From positions 1 to 64,000 of the forward strand of contig VRMN01000015.1 in NCBI GenBank assembly GCA_008690995.1: a DNA stretch of 64,000 nt. The letters run 5' to 3'. This DNA comes from Porphyridium purpureum (Eukaryota). The translations under genes and the position numbers were made by a program. Shown here one piece after another: positions 1 to 10,400 of this stretch; position 1 is the stretch's first letter, and each line of letters opens with the position of its first letter. Below the pieces are notes generated by a model. It was not told where the DNA came from and did no database searches. It worked only from the letters and a program-made list of their open reading frames with translations.

Positions 1-1446
1 TTCTTCTATCGGATGGCACGGTCGTTGAAAGTCGAAATGTCACTTTCGATGAGTCTGTCGTTGGAATAGATGTTCATGAACATGAAATCCACGATTCGGA
101 ATATTTTTCCAACTTCGATAAAATTGTCGAAGAGTTGTTTCCAAAAGATTTCTCGAAGTCGTTTGATGAAAAGTCTCAAATCGCGTCAAAAAATTTTGAA
201 ACAGATTCCACTCGACAAATGGATGATCGCAGTCAGGAATATTCTATTTCAAATGAAATCGGAGAAACGTTTCTGGAAAAAGTTCAGAATAATTCGAAAG
301 ATTTAGGGTTCCAAAAGGCTCCAAATGGAAACTTTGGGAATACTGAGGATGACGAAAGTCAAGACAGTGGATATGTCGCAAATCAATTCGTTGGAATAAT
401 TTCCACCGTTTCTGAACCTCGGTCAGTCGAAGAAGCACTAAAGGGTAACTTCTCTGAGCAATGGCTGGAAGCTCTGAATAGAGAATTGGAATCTCTCACT
501 GGCAAATGCACGTGGGAGCTCGTCGATCGTCCACAGGACCGAATTCCTGTCAGATGCAAATGGGTTTTTAAGATCAAATATAATGTCAACGGACAAATTG
601 ATCGGTTCAAGTGTCGACTTGTCGCAAAAGGTTTCACTCAGAAACCTGGTTTGGACTACGACGAAGTGTTCAGCCCTGTTGTGCGACACAACACTATTCG
701 AACGGTCCTGGCAGTAGCAGCTGCAAGAAAGTTGAAAATTCGACTTTTCGATGTGGTGACTGCGTTTCTCAATGGAGAACTTCATGAAGAAATTTTCATG
801 GAACAGCCTCCTGGATTCGTACATGAAGGAGGAAAAGTCCTGAAACTGCGTAAAGCAATCTATGGATTGAAGCAGGCATCTCGAGCTTGGAATCAAGTTC
901 TTGTGCAAGCACTTAAAGAAATCAATTTTTCCGAAAGTACGGCAGATCCTTGTCTGTTTTCTAAGGGTCCAAATGATCCGTATATCATGATTTACGTCGA
1001 TGACTTGGTCTTCATAGGTGAAGACGAAGTTACTTCAAATGAAGTGCTTCTGCATTTGCAAGGCAAGTTTGAAGTCAGGGATCTTGGGCAAGTGGTCAAG
1101 CAAAAATTTGCCGGCTTCACTCTTGATTATGATCAAAGGAATGGCATTATCAGACTTAATCAAAGCTTGTATGTCCAAACCATCCTGGAAAGGTTCGGAA
1201 TGGAATCGGCGAATCCAAGGAAGCTTCCCATGGAAAAGGATACGAAGTGGTATACTGCTACTGCAGAACCATGCAAGATGCCTTACATGGAACTCGTGGG
1301 AGCACTAATGTATTTGTGCACTTGCACGCGTCCGGATATTTCCTTCGCCGTGGGAGTGCTTGCACGATCAATGGCAAATGCCAATGAATCCCATTGGAAT
1401 GCGGCAAAGGGAGTGCTGCGATATCTTAAAGGAACCATAAATTATG
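1..1446 (+). mobile_element. Ty1/copia pol fragment (integrase C-terminus to reverse transcriptase) of a plus-strand copy, cut off by an LTR at 1447
   Basis: ORF 135..1493 has CKWVFKIK, RLVAKGFTQ, DVVTAFLNG, LRKAIYGLKQA and YVDDL. It is the near-perfect reverse complement of 2873-4318 with a few SNPs (e.g. KGNFSEQ vs KGDFSEQ, FAGFTL vs FAGYTL). Confidence 0.95.
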
Positions 1447-1771
1447 TATTAAAAGGTCTGATGTATCGGGGAGTCTTTGTGACTTGTCACTAACGCAGTT
1501 GCGTGTCCCCTTCGTCGCCCTTGCAACTAACCTTACCTTCGTCATCCGGGGACTCCGAGCCTCGGCCATCGCTAAGCTCTTCATATAGGCAATCGTAGTG
1601 CTTTCACTAGTGAGATTGCCAACTGTACCTCCAGGGCAAAAACCCTTATTTACTATAAGTTGGAGAAATACAGAAAGTTGGAGAAATACAGAAAGTTGGA
1701 GCTGAAACATTCCCCATGGTATTACTACTTTACCTGGGGAGGGAATCTACCGAAACCCTGGATTCATAACA
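1447..1771 (-). repeat. Solo LTR copy 1 (325 bp)
   Basis: Appears identical to the LTR at 6646-6970; reads TGTTATGAATCC...CTTTTAATA on the minus strand. Flanks ttatg / aaatg are not a TSD. Confidence 0.95.
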
Positions 1772-1998
1772 AAATGACCCCATGAAAAAATCTTTCTCGT
1801 GGAAAGAAATTGTGAGACCAACATGATGTAAGTTACTCTAGGGTTACTCTTAAACATCCTTTTACAAGAAAACTTCCCAAAAACTTCATTGATCCTTGAT
1901 TGTCCGTGGGCGCTTGCGATGGAATTTCTCAAGGTTGGGTCGGAAGTGTACAAAGTTGACATCGAAACCATTGTGCTTATTTGCGTGTCCCTAATAAT

Positions 1999-2324
1999 TA
2001 TTAAAAGGTCTGATGTATCGGGGAGTCTTTGTGACTTGTCACTAACGCAGTTGCGTGTCCCCTTCGTCGCCCTTGCAACTAACCTTACCTTCGTCATCCG
2101 GGGACTCCGAGCCTCGGCCATCGCTAAGCTCTTCATATAGGCAATCGTAGTGCTTTCACTAGTGAGATTGCCAACTGTACCTCCAGGGCAAAAAACCCTT
2201 ATTTACTATAAGTTGGAGAAATACAGAAAGTTGGAGAAATACAGAAAGTTGGAGCTGAAACATTCCCCATGGTATTACTACTTTACCTGGGGAGGGAATC
2301 TACCGAAACCCTGGATTCATAACA
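1999..2324 (-). repeat. 3' LTR (326 bp) of the intact copia element
   Basis: Direct repeat of 6646-6970; contains an 18-bp tandem (aagttggagaaatacaga x2.5). Confidence 0.95.
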
Positions 2325-2363
2325 CTCCCACGCAGCGACAACTTTTCGTCATGCCTTCCACCT

Positions 2364-5300
2364 CTATCTCGAATTTTCAAGACAAGCAACACCCAATAAG
2401 GTTTTGCATTTCAAAAACATTTCTCGAGGAACCACTTTTGTTAGGAAATCTGCTGCCTGATCTGATGTGCGAATGTAAATAGCCTTGACTATTCCCCGTT
2501 GCTGACATTCGCGAGCATAGTGCTTTCTCACGTCAATGTGCTTCGACCTTTCGTGCACAATCGGGTTCTCACTCAGTTTCAGTGCAGCATCATTGTCACA
2601 AAACATTGGAATCGATTTCGACTTGAATCCTAGGAATTCCATGAGATATTGAAACCACTGGGCTTCTTTACATGCATCCGAGAGAGCCATGTACTCTGCT
2701 TCGGTTGTGGACAGCGCCACAGTTGGTTGTAGCCTGGATTTCCAGGAGACAACTGATCCATTGATCGTGAAAGCATATCCGGTGGTTGACCTTCGCGTTC
2801 GAAGATCACTAGCATAGTCTGAATCAACGTAACCAATTAGGTCGGAGTTGCCATTTGAGCTAAATTGGAGACCATAATTTATGGTTCCTTTAAGATATCG
2901 CAGCACTCCCTTTGCCGCATTCCAATGGGATTCATTGGCATTTGCCATTGATCGTGCAAGCACTCCCACGGCGAAGGAAATATCCGGACGCGTGCAAGTG
3001 CACAAATACATTAGTGCTCCCACGAGTTCCATGTAAGGCATCTTGCATGGTTCTGCAGTAGCAGTATACCACTTCGTATCCTTTTCCATGGGAAGCTTCC
3101 TTGGATTCGCCGATTCCATTCCGAACCTTTCCAGGATGGTTTGGACATACAAGCTTTGATTAAGTCTGATAATGCCATTCCTTTGATCATAATCAAGAGT
3201 GTAGCCGGCAAATTTTTGCTTGACCACTTGCCCAAGATCCCTGACTTCAAACTTGCCTTGCAAATGCAGAAGCACTTCATTTGAAGTAACTTCGTCTTCA
3301 CCTATGAAGACCAAGTCATCGACGTAAATCATGATATACGGACCATTTGGACCCTTAGAAAACAGACAAGGATCTGCCGTACTTTCGGAAAAATTGATTT
3401 CTTTAAGTGCTTGCACAAGAACTTGATTCCAAGCTCGAGATGCCTGCTTCAATCCATAGATTGCTTTACGCAGTTTCAGGACTTTTCCTCCTTCATGTAC
3501 GAATCCAGGAGGCTGTTCCATGAAAATTTCTTCATGAAGTTCTCCATTGAGAAACGCAGTCACCACATCGAAAAGTCGAATTTTCAACTTTCTTGCAGCT
3601 GCTACTGCCAGGACCGTTCGAATAGTGTTGTGTCGCACAACAGGGCTGAACACTTCGTCGTAGTCCAAACCAGGTTTCTGAGTGAAACCTTTTGCGACAA
3701 GTCGACACTTGAACCGATCAATTTGTCCGTTGACATTATATTTGATCTTAAAAACCCATTTGCATCTGACAGGAATTCGGTCCTGTGGACGATCGACGAG
3801 CTCCCACGTGCAGTTGCCAGTGAGAGATTCCAATTCTCTATTCAGAGCTTCCAGCCATTGCTCAGAGAAGTCACCCTTTAGTGCTTCTTCGACTGACCGA
3901 GGTTCAGAAACGGTGGAAATTATTCCAACGAATTGATTTGCGACATATCCACTGTCTTGACTTTCGTCATCCTCAGTATTCCCAAAGTTTCCATTTGGAG
4001 CTTTTTGGAACCCTAAATCTTTCGAATTATTCTGAACTTTTTCCAGAAACGTTTCTCCGATTTCATTTGAAATAGAATATTCCTGACTGCGATCATCCAT
4101 TTGTCGAGTGGAATCTGTTTCAAAATTTTTTGACGCGATTTGAGACTTTTCATCAAACGACTTCGAGAAATCTTTTGGAAACAACTCTTCGACAATTTTA
4201 TCGAAGTTGGAAAAATATTCCGAATCGTGGATTTCATGTTCATGAACATCTATTCCAACGACAGACTCATCGAAAGTGACATTTCGACTTTCAACGACCG
4301 TGCCATCCGATAGAAGAATGCGATAAACGGAATGGACATTTCCATAACCGACCAAGCATCCAATTGCAGATCTTGTTTCTAGTTTTCCTCGCAATTGCTT
4401 AGGAATATGAACAAACGCTCTCGATCCGTAGATTCTGAGATTGCTGAGATCTGGCCTTTGCCTGAATGCAATTTCTATCGGCGTTTTCCCGCGATTATTT
4501 GAAATGCGATTTCGCAAATAATTCGCAGTCAACAAAGCATTACTCCAATTTTCCAAAGGTAGATTACTATCAAACAATAAGCTTCGAACCTTTTCGAGTA
4601 ATGTCCGATTCATGCGTTCAGCCATACCATTAAGTTCTGGCGTGTAAGCAGAGGTATTTTCCCAAGTAATTCCAGAGTCTTGGAGATGCCTTTGCACATA
4701 AAGGCTTGCGAATTCGCCACCTTTGTCGGACCGAACTCTTTTTGCCTTTGCACCAAGAGTCGTTTCGAGATATTTAAGTGTGCGCAGTAACATTTCACCC
4801 GCTTCACTTTTTCGCTCGAGCAAGTGGACGACACTCAAACTTGAGCATTCGTCGACGACAACTAGAAAATATCGATGGTCGTCAAAACTCGAAGGAGTGA
4901 GTGGTCCGCATACATCAGTATGAAGGACTTCTCCCGGAACCGCCGAAATGGAATTCAATTTCCGCTTCTTAAAGGGAGTTCGTGTTCCCTTTGCCTTTTG
5001 GCAAATCACACAATGGTATTCATCCGGAACTTTTAAGTCCGCGGGAATTCCCTGTACACAATTTTGCGTATTTTTCAGACCAGCAAGTCCAGGATGACCA
5101 AGTCGACGGTGAAATAGCTCAAACTTATTTGAAGCTGTGATTGCATTTATTCTAGCGGCGGATAGTTTGATCATTAAATCACCATCCCCAACCGCTAGGA
5201 CGGGCCCATCTGACCCAAAATGCAAAACAGATGAACTATCATCGTGTTTGAAGACACAGCCCTTTCTCGCTGCGACCTTTGTCGAAAGGAGATTTATGGG

Positions 5301-6641
5301 TGTGCTTTCGATCAACAAAACATTTTCAAGACGCAAGTCATTAAACTTGTCTTGAATAATTGTTTTGAGCATGACATCACCCATCAATGAAACTTCAACA
5401 TGTTCCCCGTTGGCAACAGTAACAAGTGATTCATCAGAAGGTCTTTCATTCATTAGAATAGACCTATCCCAAGTGATATGTCTGTCCGATCCAGAATCGA
5501 ACATCCATTTGTGCGACTTGTGCTTGTGGGGCACAACAGAGACACAGATGGCATAGATGGAAGTGGTGGCTTTATTGATTGGTGCAGGGGTCGCTGGGGG
5601 GCTAATCATGCGGATATCCAGAGAAGGGCCTTTTGGCACCACGCCCCTTCCCGCAACGCTATTCGCGTAGGCCTCCCACGACATCCAACCTGGCTCAATG
5701 GCTGCCTTTGCCGCCGGAGCCGGTGGTTTCGTCACCTTGGTTTTTACCTGAACCACATTCACCCGCGCATTCGGCTTTCCGATGCCGCGTTTCACTGCCT
5801 CCGGGTCTGCTGCGCCACTCGCACCAGCAGCCTTGTCGCGCAAGTCATTCTTGCGCTTAAAGCAACGCTTCGTCTCGTGCCCAACCTTGTGGCAGTAGCC
5901 ACACTTCAGGTTCTCCTTGACGAGTGCCGTCTTCACGACACCCGCTGAGCGATCACGCTGCTGTTGCTGCGGACGCTGGGACACCGCCATTGCGATGGGC
6001 GGGGGCTCATCTGCCAACGTGCGCTCGAGCGCTTTTCCGGCCTCCAGCTGGAGCAGTTGCAGCCGAGCTGCGGAGACCGTGGGCGCCGAATGCAGCAGGT
6101 AGTCCTTCGACCCCTGAAACTCTTTGCGGAGCCCGATCACCAGATAACGCACGACATGGTCCTCGGGAACTTGCTCACCGATCGAGACAAGCTTGTCCCA
6201 CAGACCGATTCCGCGATCCAAGTACTCGGCCATTGCCTCGTTCTTGTTCTGGACAATGCGCTCCAGCGCCATGCGAAACGCGAACTTCTGCGCCGACAGT
6301 TGATCGTGCGCATAATTCGCCACCGCGGACCAACCGTCCGCCGACGACTTATCGCGGACGAGACGGTCGTACCTGTTCTCCAAGACCCCGGACAGAAAGA
6401 ACTGTCCCGCCAGGTCCGCATCGTCCCACTCTTCTGCCGTCATCCCGGTAGTTGCACGCGACGACGACGATGGGCGAACGACCATCCCCGCAACGACGGG
6501 CCACAGCTTCACCACACGCAACGCGAGCTTCGTGCGGCGTGCCCAAATGTCGTAATTCTCGCCATTGAACTTTTCCACGCCGTTCGCAAGCGCGGACAGC
6601 TTCGACGCATCAAACGTAAACGCCATCGCGTCTGGGCTCAT
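2364..6641 (-). CDS. Copia gag-pol polyprotein, 1425 aa (Gag, zinc knuckle, protease, integrase, RT, RNase H)
   Basis: FNGENYDIW (gag N-terminus), CGYCHKVGHETKRC knuckle, WMFDSGSDRH protease, HRRLGH..C..C, HTDVCGP, RSDKGGEF, NGMAERMNRTL integrase, YVDDL RT, YVDSDYA..RRSTTGY..STTEAEY..KHIDVR..ADFLTK RNase H. Domain order is copia-type. Confidence 0.98.
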   Translation of the reverse strand: MSPDAMAFTFDASKLSALANGVEKFNGENYDIWARRTKLALRVVKLWPVVAGMVVRPSSSSRATTGMTAEEWDDADLAGQFFLSGVLENRYDRLVRDKSSADGWSAVANYAHDQLSAQKFAFRMALERIVQNKNEAMAEYLDRGIGLWDKLVSIGEQVPEDHVVRYLVIGLRKEFQGSKDYLLHSAPTVSAARLQLLQLEAGKALERTLADEPPPIAMAVSQRPQQQQRDRSAGVVKTALVKENLKCGYCHKVGHETKRCFKRKNDLRDKAAGASGAADPEAVKRGIGKPNARVNVVQVKTKVTKPPAPAAKAAIEPGWMSWEAYANSVAGRGVVPKGPSLDIRMISPPATPAPINKATTSIYAICVSVVPHKHKSHKWMFDSGSDRHITWDRSILMNERPSDESLVTVANGEHVEVSLMGDVMLKTIIQDKFNDLRLENVLLIESTPINLLSTKVAARKGCVFKHDDSSSVLHFGSDGPVLAVGDGDLMIKLSAARINAITASNKFELFHRRLGHPGLAGLKNTQNCVQGIPADLKVPDEYHCVICQKAKGTRTPFKKRKLNSISAVPGEVLHTDVCGPLTPSSFDDHRYFLVVVDECSSLSVVHLLERKSEAGEMLLRTLKYLETTLGAKAKRVRSDKGGEFASLYVQRHLQDSGITWENTSAYTPELNGMAERMNRTLLEKVRSLLFDSNLPLENWSNALLTANYLRNRISNNRGKTPIEIAFRQRPDLSNLRIYGSRAFVHIPKQLRGKLETRSAIGCLVGYGNVHSVYRILLSDGTVVESRNVTFDESVVGIDVHEHEIHDSEYFSNFDKIVEELFPKDFSKSFDEKSQIASKNFETDSTRQMDDRSQEYSISNEIGETFLEKVQNNSKDLGFQKAPNGNFGNTEDDESQDSGYVANQFVGIISTVSEPRSVEEALKGDFSEQWLEALNRELESLTGNCTWELVDRPQDRIPVRCKWVFKIKYNVNGQIDRFKCRLVAKGFTQKPGLDYDEVFSPVVRHNTIRTVLAVAAARKLKIRLFDVVTAFLNGELHEEIFMEQPPGFVHEGGKVLKLRKAIYGLKQASRAWNQVLVQALKEINFSESTADPCLFSKGPNGPYIMIYVDDLVFIGEDEVTSNEVLLHLQGKFEVRDLGQVVKQKFAGYTLDYDQRNGIIRLNQSLYVQTILERFGMESANPRKLPMEKDTKWYTATAEPCKMPYMELVGALMYLCTCTRPDISFAVGVLARSMANANESHWNAAKGVLRYLKGTINYGLQFSSNGNSDLIGYVDSDYASDLRTRRSTTGYAFTINGSVVSWKSRLQPTVALSTTEAEYMALSDACKEAQWFQYLMEFLGFKSKSIPMFCDNDAALKLSENPIVHERSKHIDVRKHYARECQQRGIVKAIYIRTSDQAADFLTKVVPREMFLKCKTLLGVACLENSR

Positions 6642-6645
6642 AACC
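6634..6645 (-). promoter_or_regulatory. Primer-binding site complementary to the anticodon stem-loop of initiator tRNA-Met (half-tRNA priming)
   Basis: Minus strand reads GGTTATGAGCCC directly after the 5' LTR, the complement of GGGCUCAUAACC. Same PBS type as Drosophila copia, Ty5 and Osser. Confidence 0.9.
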
Positions 6646-6970
6646 TATTAAAAGGTCTGATGTATCGGGGAGTCTTTGTGACTTGTCACTAACGCAGTTG
6701 CGTGTCCCCTTCGTCGCCCTTGCAACTAACCTTACCTTCGTCATCCGGGGACTCCGAGCCTCGGCCATCGCTAAGCTCTTCATATAGGCAATCGTAGTGC
6801 TTTCACTAGTGAGATTGCCAACTGTACCTCCAGGGCAAAAACCCTTATTTACTATAAGTTGGAGAAATACAGAAAGTTGGAGAAATACAGAAAGTTGGAG
6901 CTGAAACATTCCCCATGGTATTACTACTTTACCTGGGGAGGGAATCTACCGAAACCCTGGATTCATAACA
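6646..6970 (-). repeat. 5' LTR (325 bp) of the intact copia element
   Basis: Abuts the PBS; TGTTATG...TTTAATA; TATA-like TTATAGTAAATA about 30 nt upstream of GTACAGT (6827-6821). Confidence 0.95.
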
Positions 6971-7433
6971 GATCAGGCAGCAGATTTCCTAACCAAAGTG
7001 GTTCCTCGAGAAATGTTTTTGAAATGCAAAACCTTATTGGGTGTTGCTTGTCTTGAAAATTCGAGATAGAGGTGGAAGGCATGACGAAAAGTTGTCGCTG
7101 CGTGGGAGTGTTATGAATCCAGGGTTTCGGTAGATTCCCTCCCCAGGTAAAGTAGTAATACCATGGGGAATGTTTCAGCTCCAACTTTCTGTATTTCTCC
7201 AACTTTCTGTATTTCTCCAACTTATAGTAAATAAGGGTTTTTGCCCTGGAGGTACAGTTGGCAATCTCACTAGTGAAAGCACTACGATTGCCTATATGAA
7301 GAGCTTAGCGATGGCCGAGGCTCGGAGTCCCCGGATGACGAAGGTAAGGTTAGTTGCAAGGGCGACGAAGGGGACACGCAACTGCGTTAGTGACAAGTCA
7401 CAAAGACTCCCCGATACATCAGACCTTTTAATG
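6971..7433 (+). mobile_element. 3' end of a plus-strand copia copy: RNase H tail, PPT and 3' LTR (7109-7433)
   Basis: 6971-7108 encodes DQAADFLTKVVPREMFLKCKTLLGVACLENSR* (one synonymous SNP vs the intact copy), then an LTR TGTTATG...TTTAATG. Confidence 0.95.
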
Positions 7434-10400
7434 AGAATGATGGCGATCAGAATGTGAATCAACATACAAGACGTGCCGTGCAATGAGAAATCAATAGACG
7501 ACCTAATAATTCATTTGTTGGATTAAAAGTGTGTATACGAGTCAAACCAGCAAATCAACCACAAAGCGAGCAAGTTTTTGGTCGTCCCGTTACAAGAAAA
7601 CACGTGGCTTGCCACTAAAACGCAAGATCCTGTTAGCGAGTATACCTGAAGAGAAAAATCAAACTGAACATTTTTGCTTGAGTAAGAGGTAACAAATTGT
7701 CGAATGAAATGATTCTAAGATCGAAAGCCGGCCATTCAATTATTCCATTGCATTGGCTATTTGGAATCAAACTCCATTTCGAAATATTTTTCTTCGCTGT
7801 GCGGATTCTTTTCTTGATTTTTCAACTACATAGAATTCAACAGTGTCCAATATTCATCATAACGAAAATTCGGATACAAAGGTCTGATACGCAGATAAAA
7901 GAATGGTTGTGTTTCCTCCATGCATGCATGGAAGCATGATTCAAGACAAGTGTCATAAACTCGAGTTCATGTAACTTCTGAAAGATACACCGGTATATCT
8001 AAGATTCAGGATAGAAAGTTGTGATCCATCTGTGTGAACCTTCTTGTTCAATTGAAGTTTGAGTTGGTCTGGCAAATGATTAATCTTTCTTGTATTTTTA
8101 CAAACGCGAAGAAATCATGAACTGAAATATGCAGAAGAAAAATCCTTCTTCGCTCATTGAGAAACTTACCGTTCTTGGGACAGCTGCATCCAGACAACGA
8201 CTTATGCTGTGATTCAGTCGTTGTCAAAGCCAACCAACCATTTCAATCTAAAAGCATGGGAGCAAACCGCGTTTTGCTCCAGAGCTCACGTTTGGAAACA
8301 AAAGTTAGAAACATTTTCAATATTATTTCATGAGCCAAGTCTTGTTACCCTCAAAGGTTTCTGCAATCGGATCTGAAATTTTTAGAGTTCTCCTTGTCCT
8401 CTGTCTTCCAATACATGTTCGGATGAAGATCTATAAATCGCAGAGTATTTCGTTACTAAATCTGGATTCGACAAAATACGAAATTCTTATAGCCGCTGTG
8501 TCTAGGAGGCGAACCTGATCGGAATTAATTATTTCGTGCGAGCTAAACTCGCTAAGAGTAATAGCCCACGCATATTTATTGAAGGAAAGCAGACCATTTT
8601 CGATTGGCATCAATTGCTTCTCGATCGACGGCCATCGACGATTGTGTCATTTATCAGCCGACTGTGACTATGATTTTGATAATTCATCTTTTCAGGTGCA
8701 GTAAAATGATGCTTATGAGTTGGACGATGGTATTGATTCCCTCATGATGAATGCATGAAATCAGGACGGAAATGAATGCATCGTCTCCTTTCCTATTTCG
8801 GGACATTTCGAAACCCCTGACAATGTCGGCGATCCTGCCAGTTCTCAGTTAGGTAGTGAATCCGAGCAAGAACAGCAAGATAGGATAAGGACAAAAATTC
8901 CGCGCAAGTATATCTCGGCAATAAAACTTTACAGGAAAATTCGCTTCTGTGCTAAATTTTCCACCATTTTGTAAAAGTCTTTCTTTTGTAGCTATGTACT
9001 GAAGATCAGGATTTGTTCGGTTGACCATTATCTGAAAGGCTCAAGTTTGGGTTCCTAAAAGATTCTCGGTGTTCTCTCTACGTATGATTAATTTTGTTTG
9101 CGCGAGAATTATAGTGCATTGACATAAAGTGGCCGAACCTTGAATCAAACAAAGATAACCCGTACCCTGGCGAGGCTAGCGGAACAAAAGCAGGTGCCAT
9201 GGTCATGGTCTTATTGCCGTGCAGACTCTTTCCGTTCTCGGCACCACCAATTTCACAGTAATAGGCATTTAGACGTGGACATTGTCATTGGTGATCCGCT
9301 GCGACGAAAGCGGATAGCGGACAGTCATTTTTCTTGAGTGGAGATGTTTTTTGGATGATATATTTAGAATTTGGTGGTGAAAATGTCACTGCACGTTTCG
9401 TTTGCAGCGGCTGTACGGAAGTTTTGGCTGACGTCAGACTTGGATAGTGCGGTGAAGATGCACATCTCAGGTGCCGATAGTTCAACTATTACGAGGCGCA
9501 CATCCAGCAATTCGTGAAGACTCCTCCACTCCGACGTAATGGGACACAAAGTCAGCCATTGAGATCAGATAAAAGGACGCATCCAAAGCATACATGAGTG
9601 AATGATCAGCGTGAGTGTCTAAACAGAACCTGCGCGCTCTATGAATTTTGTCTTGTGCTATGTATCTGTGCCAAACGCAACAGACTGAATTTCGTCGATA
9701 TGGATGCTTTCCAGCCGGCAGAGGCGGTCGAAACGAAGGTTTATGACATGATCAAGCTTCTGATCGACATTGCGACCCATTACATTCAAGCTACACTACG
9801 TATTCCCGGTGCCAATCCAGCAGAATGCTTGAGAGTAATCAGTAAGGCAATGAGGCTCTCGTGCATATATGTAGCAAGATTCCAGCTCGTCCACGGCTAA
9901 CATTCAATCAGAATCGCTGAGCTTCCCGGGGCCAAACTCTTTTAGTTGAAAAACAAAACTGGCTAAACTTGTTCTTAATGACGTAAAGAAGTGCTACTTC
10001 GACGAGCCACAGCGTTTCCATGAAATTTTGCCAAAGACTGCATAGATCTTCCAATCGTTTCGCGCGCGAATTCTGGTATCAGTGGATGCATTCTTTGTTG
10101 CGCTGTCGCTGGGAAAGGAAATTTTTGTTTCCATTCCGCGGACAGACCTTCGCGCCTGTAAAATATGTTTCTAGTAGATTGATGTTGAGACCCTACGCCA
10201 ACTTGAATTTTATTGTACGAGCGCTTCTGCATGCACAATCTTTGCCGTCCTTGCACCGTCTCTGGAAAGCACCTTCAAGCCGCCTGCGGCGCACACGCGG
10301 CAAAGCTACATACAGGTGCCTATGGGAAAAATCCCTTGTCCAGGGAAGCAGTCTGTCACGTTCGAATGTCTGGCCCTGGTTCTTACGATTTGGTGCAGCA

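Larger units (their letters stand above)
1999..6970 (-). mobile_element. Full-length, apparently intact Ty1/copia LTR retrotransposon (hemivirus-type PBS)
   Basis: 5' LTR 6646-6970, PBS 6634-6645, single gag-pol ORF, short purine-rich tract (GTGGGAG) before the 3' LTR 1999-2324. The only LTR difference I see is one A in a homopolymer. Confidence 0.97.

Noticed and set aside
1426..2482. Short ORFs repeated in each LTR (MFQLQLSV..., MKSLAMAE...)
   Set aside because: Incidental frames in identical LTR copies, with ends that vary with the flank.
8880..9100. Possible hAT transposase (KLYRKIRFCAKF)
   Set aside because: No following TRWNS-type motif found; too weak to call.
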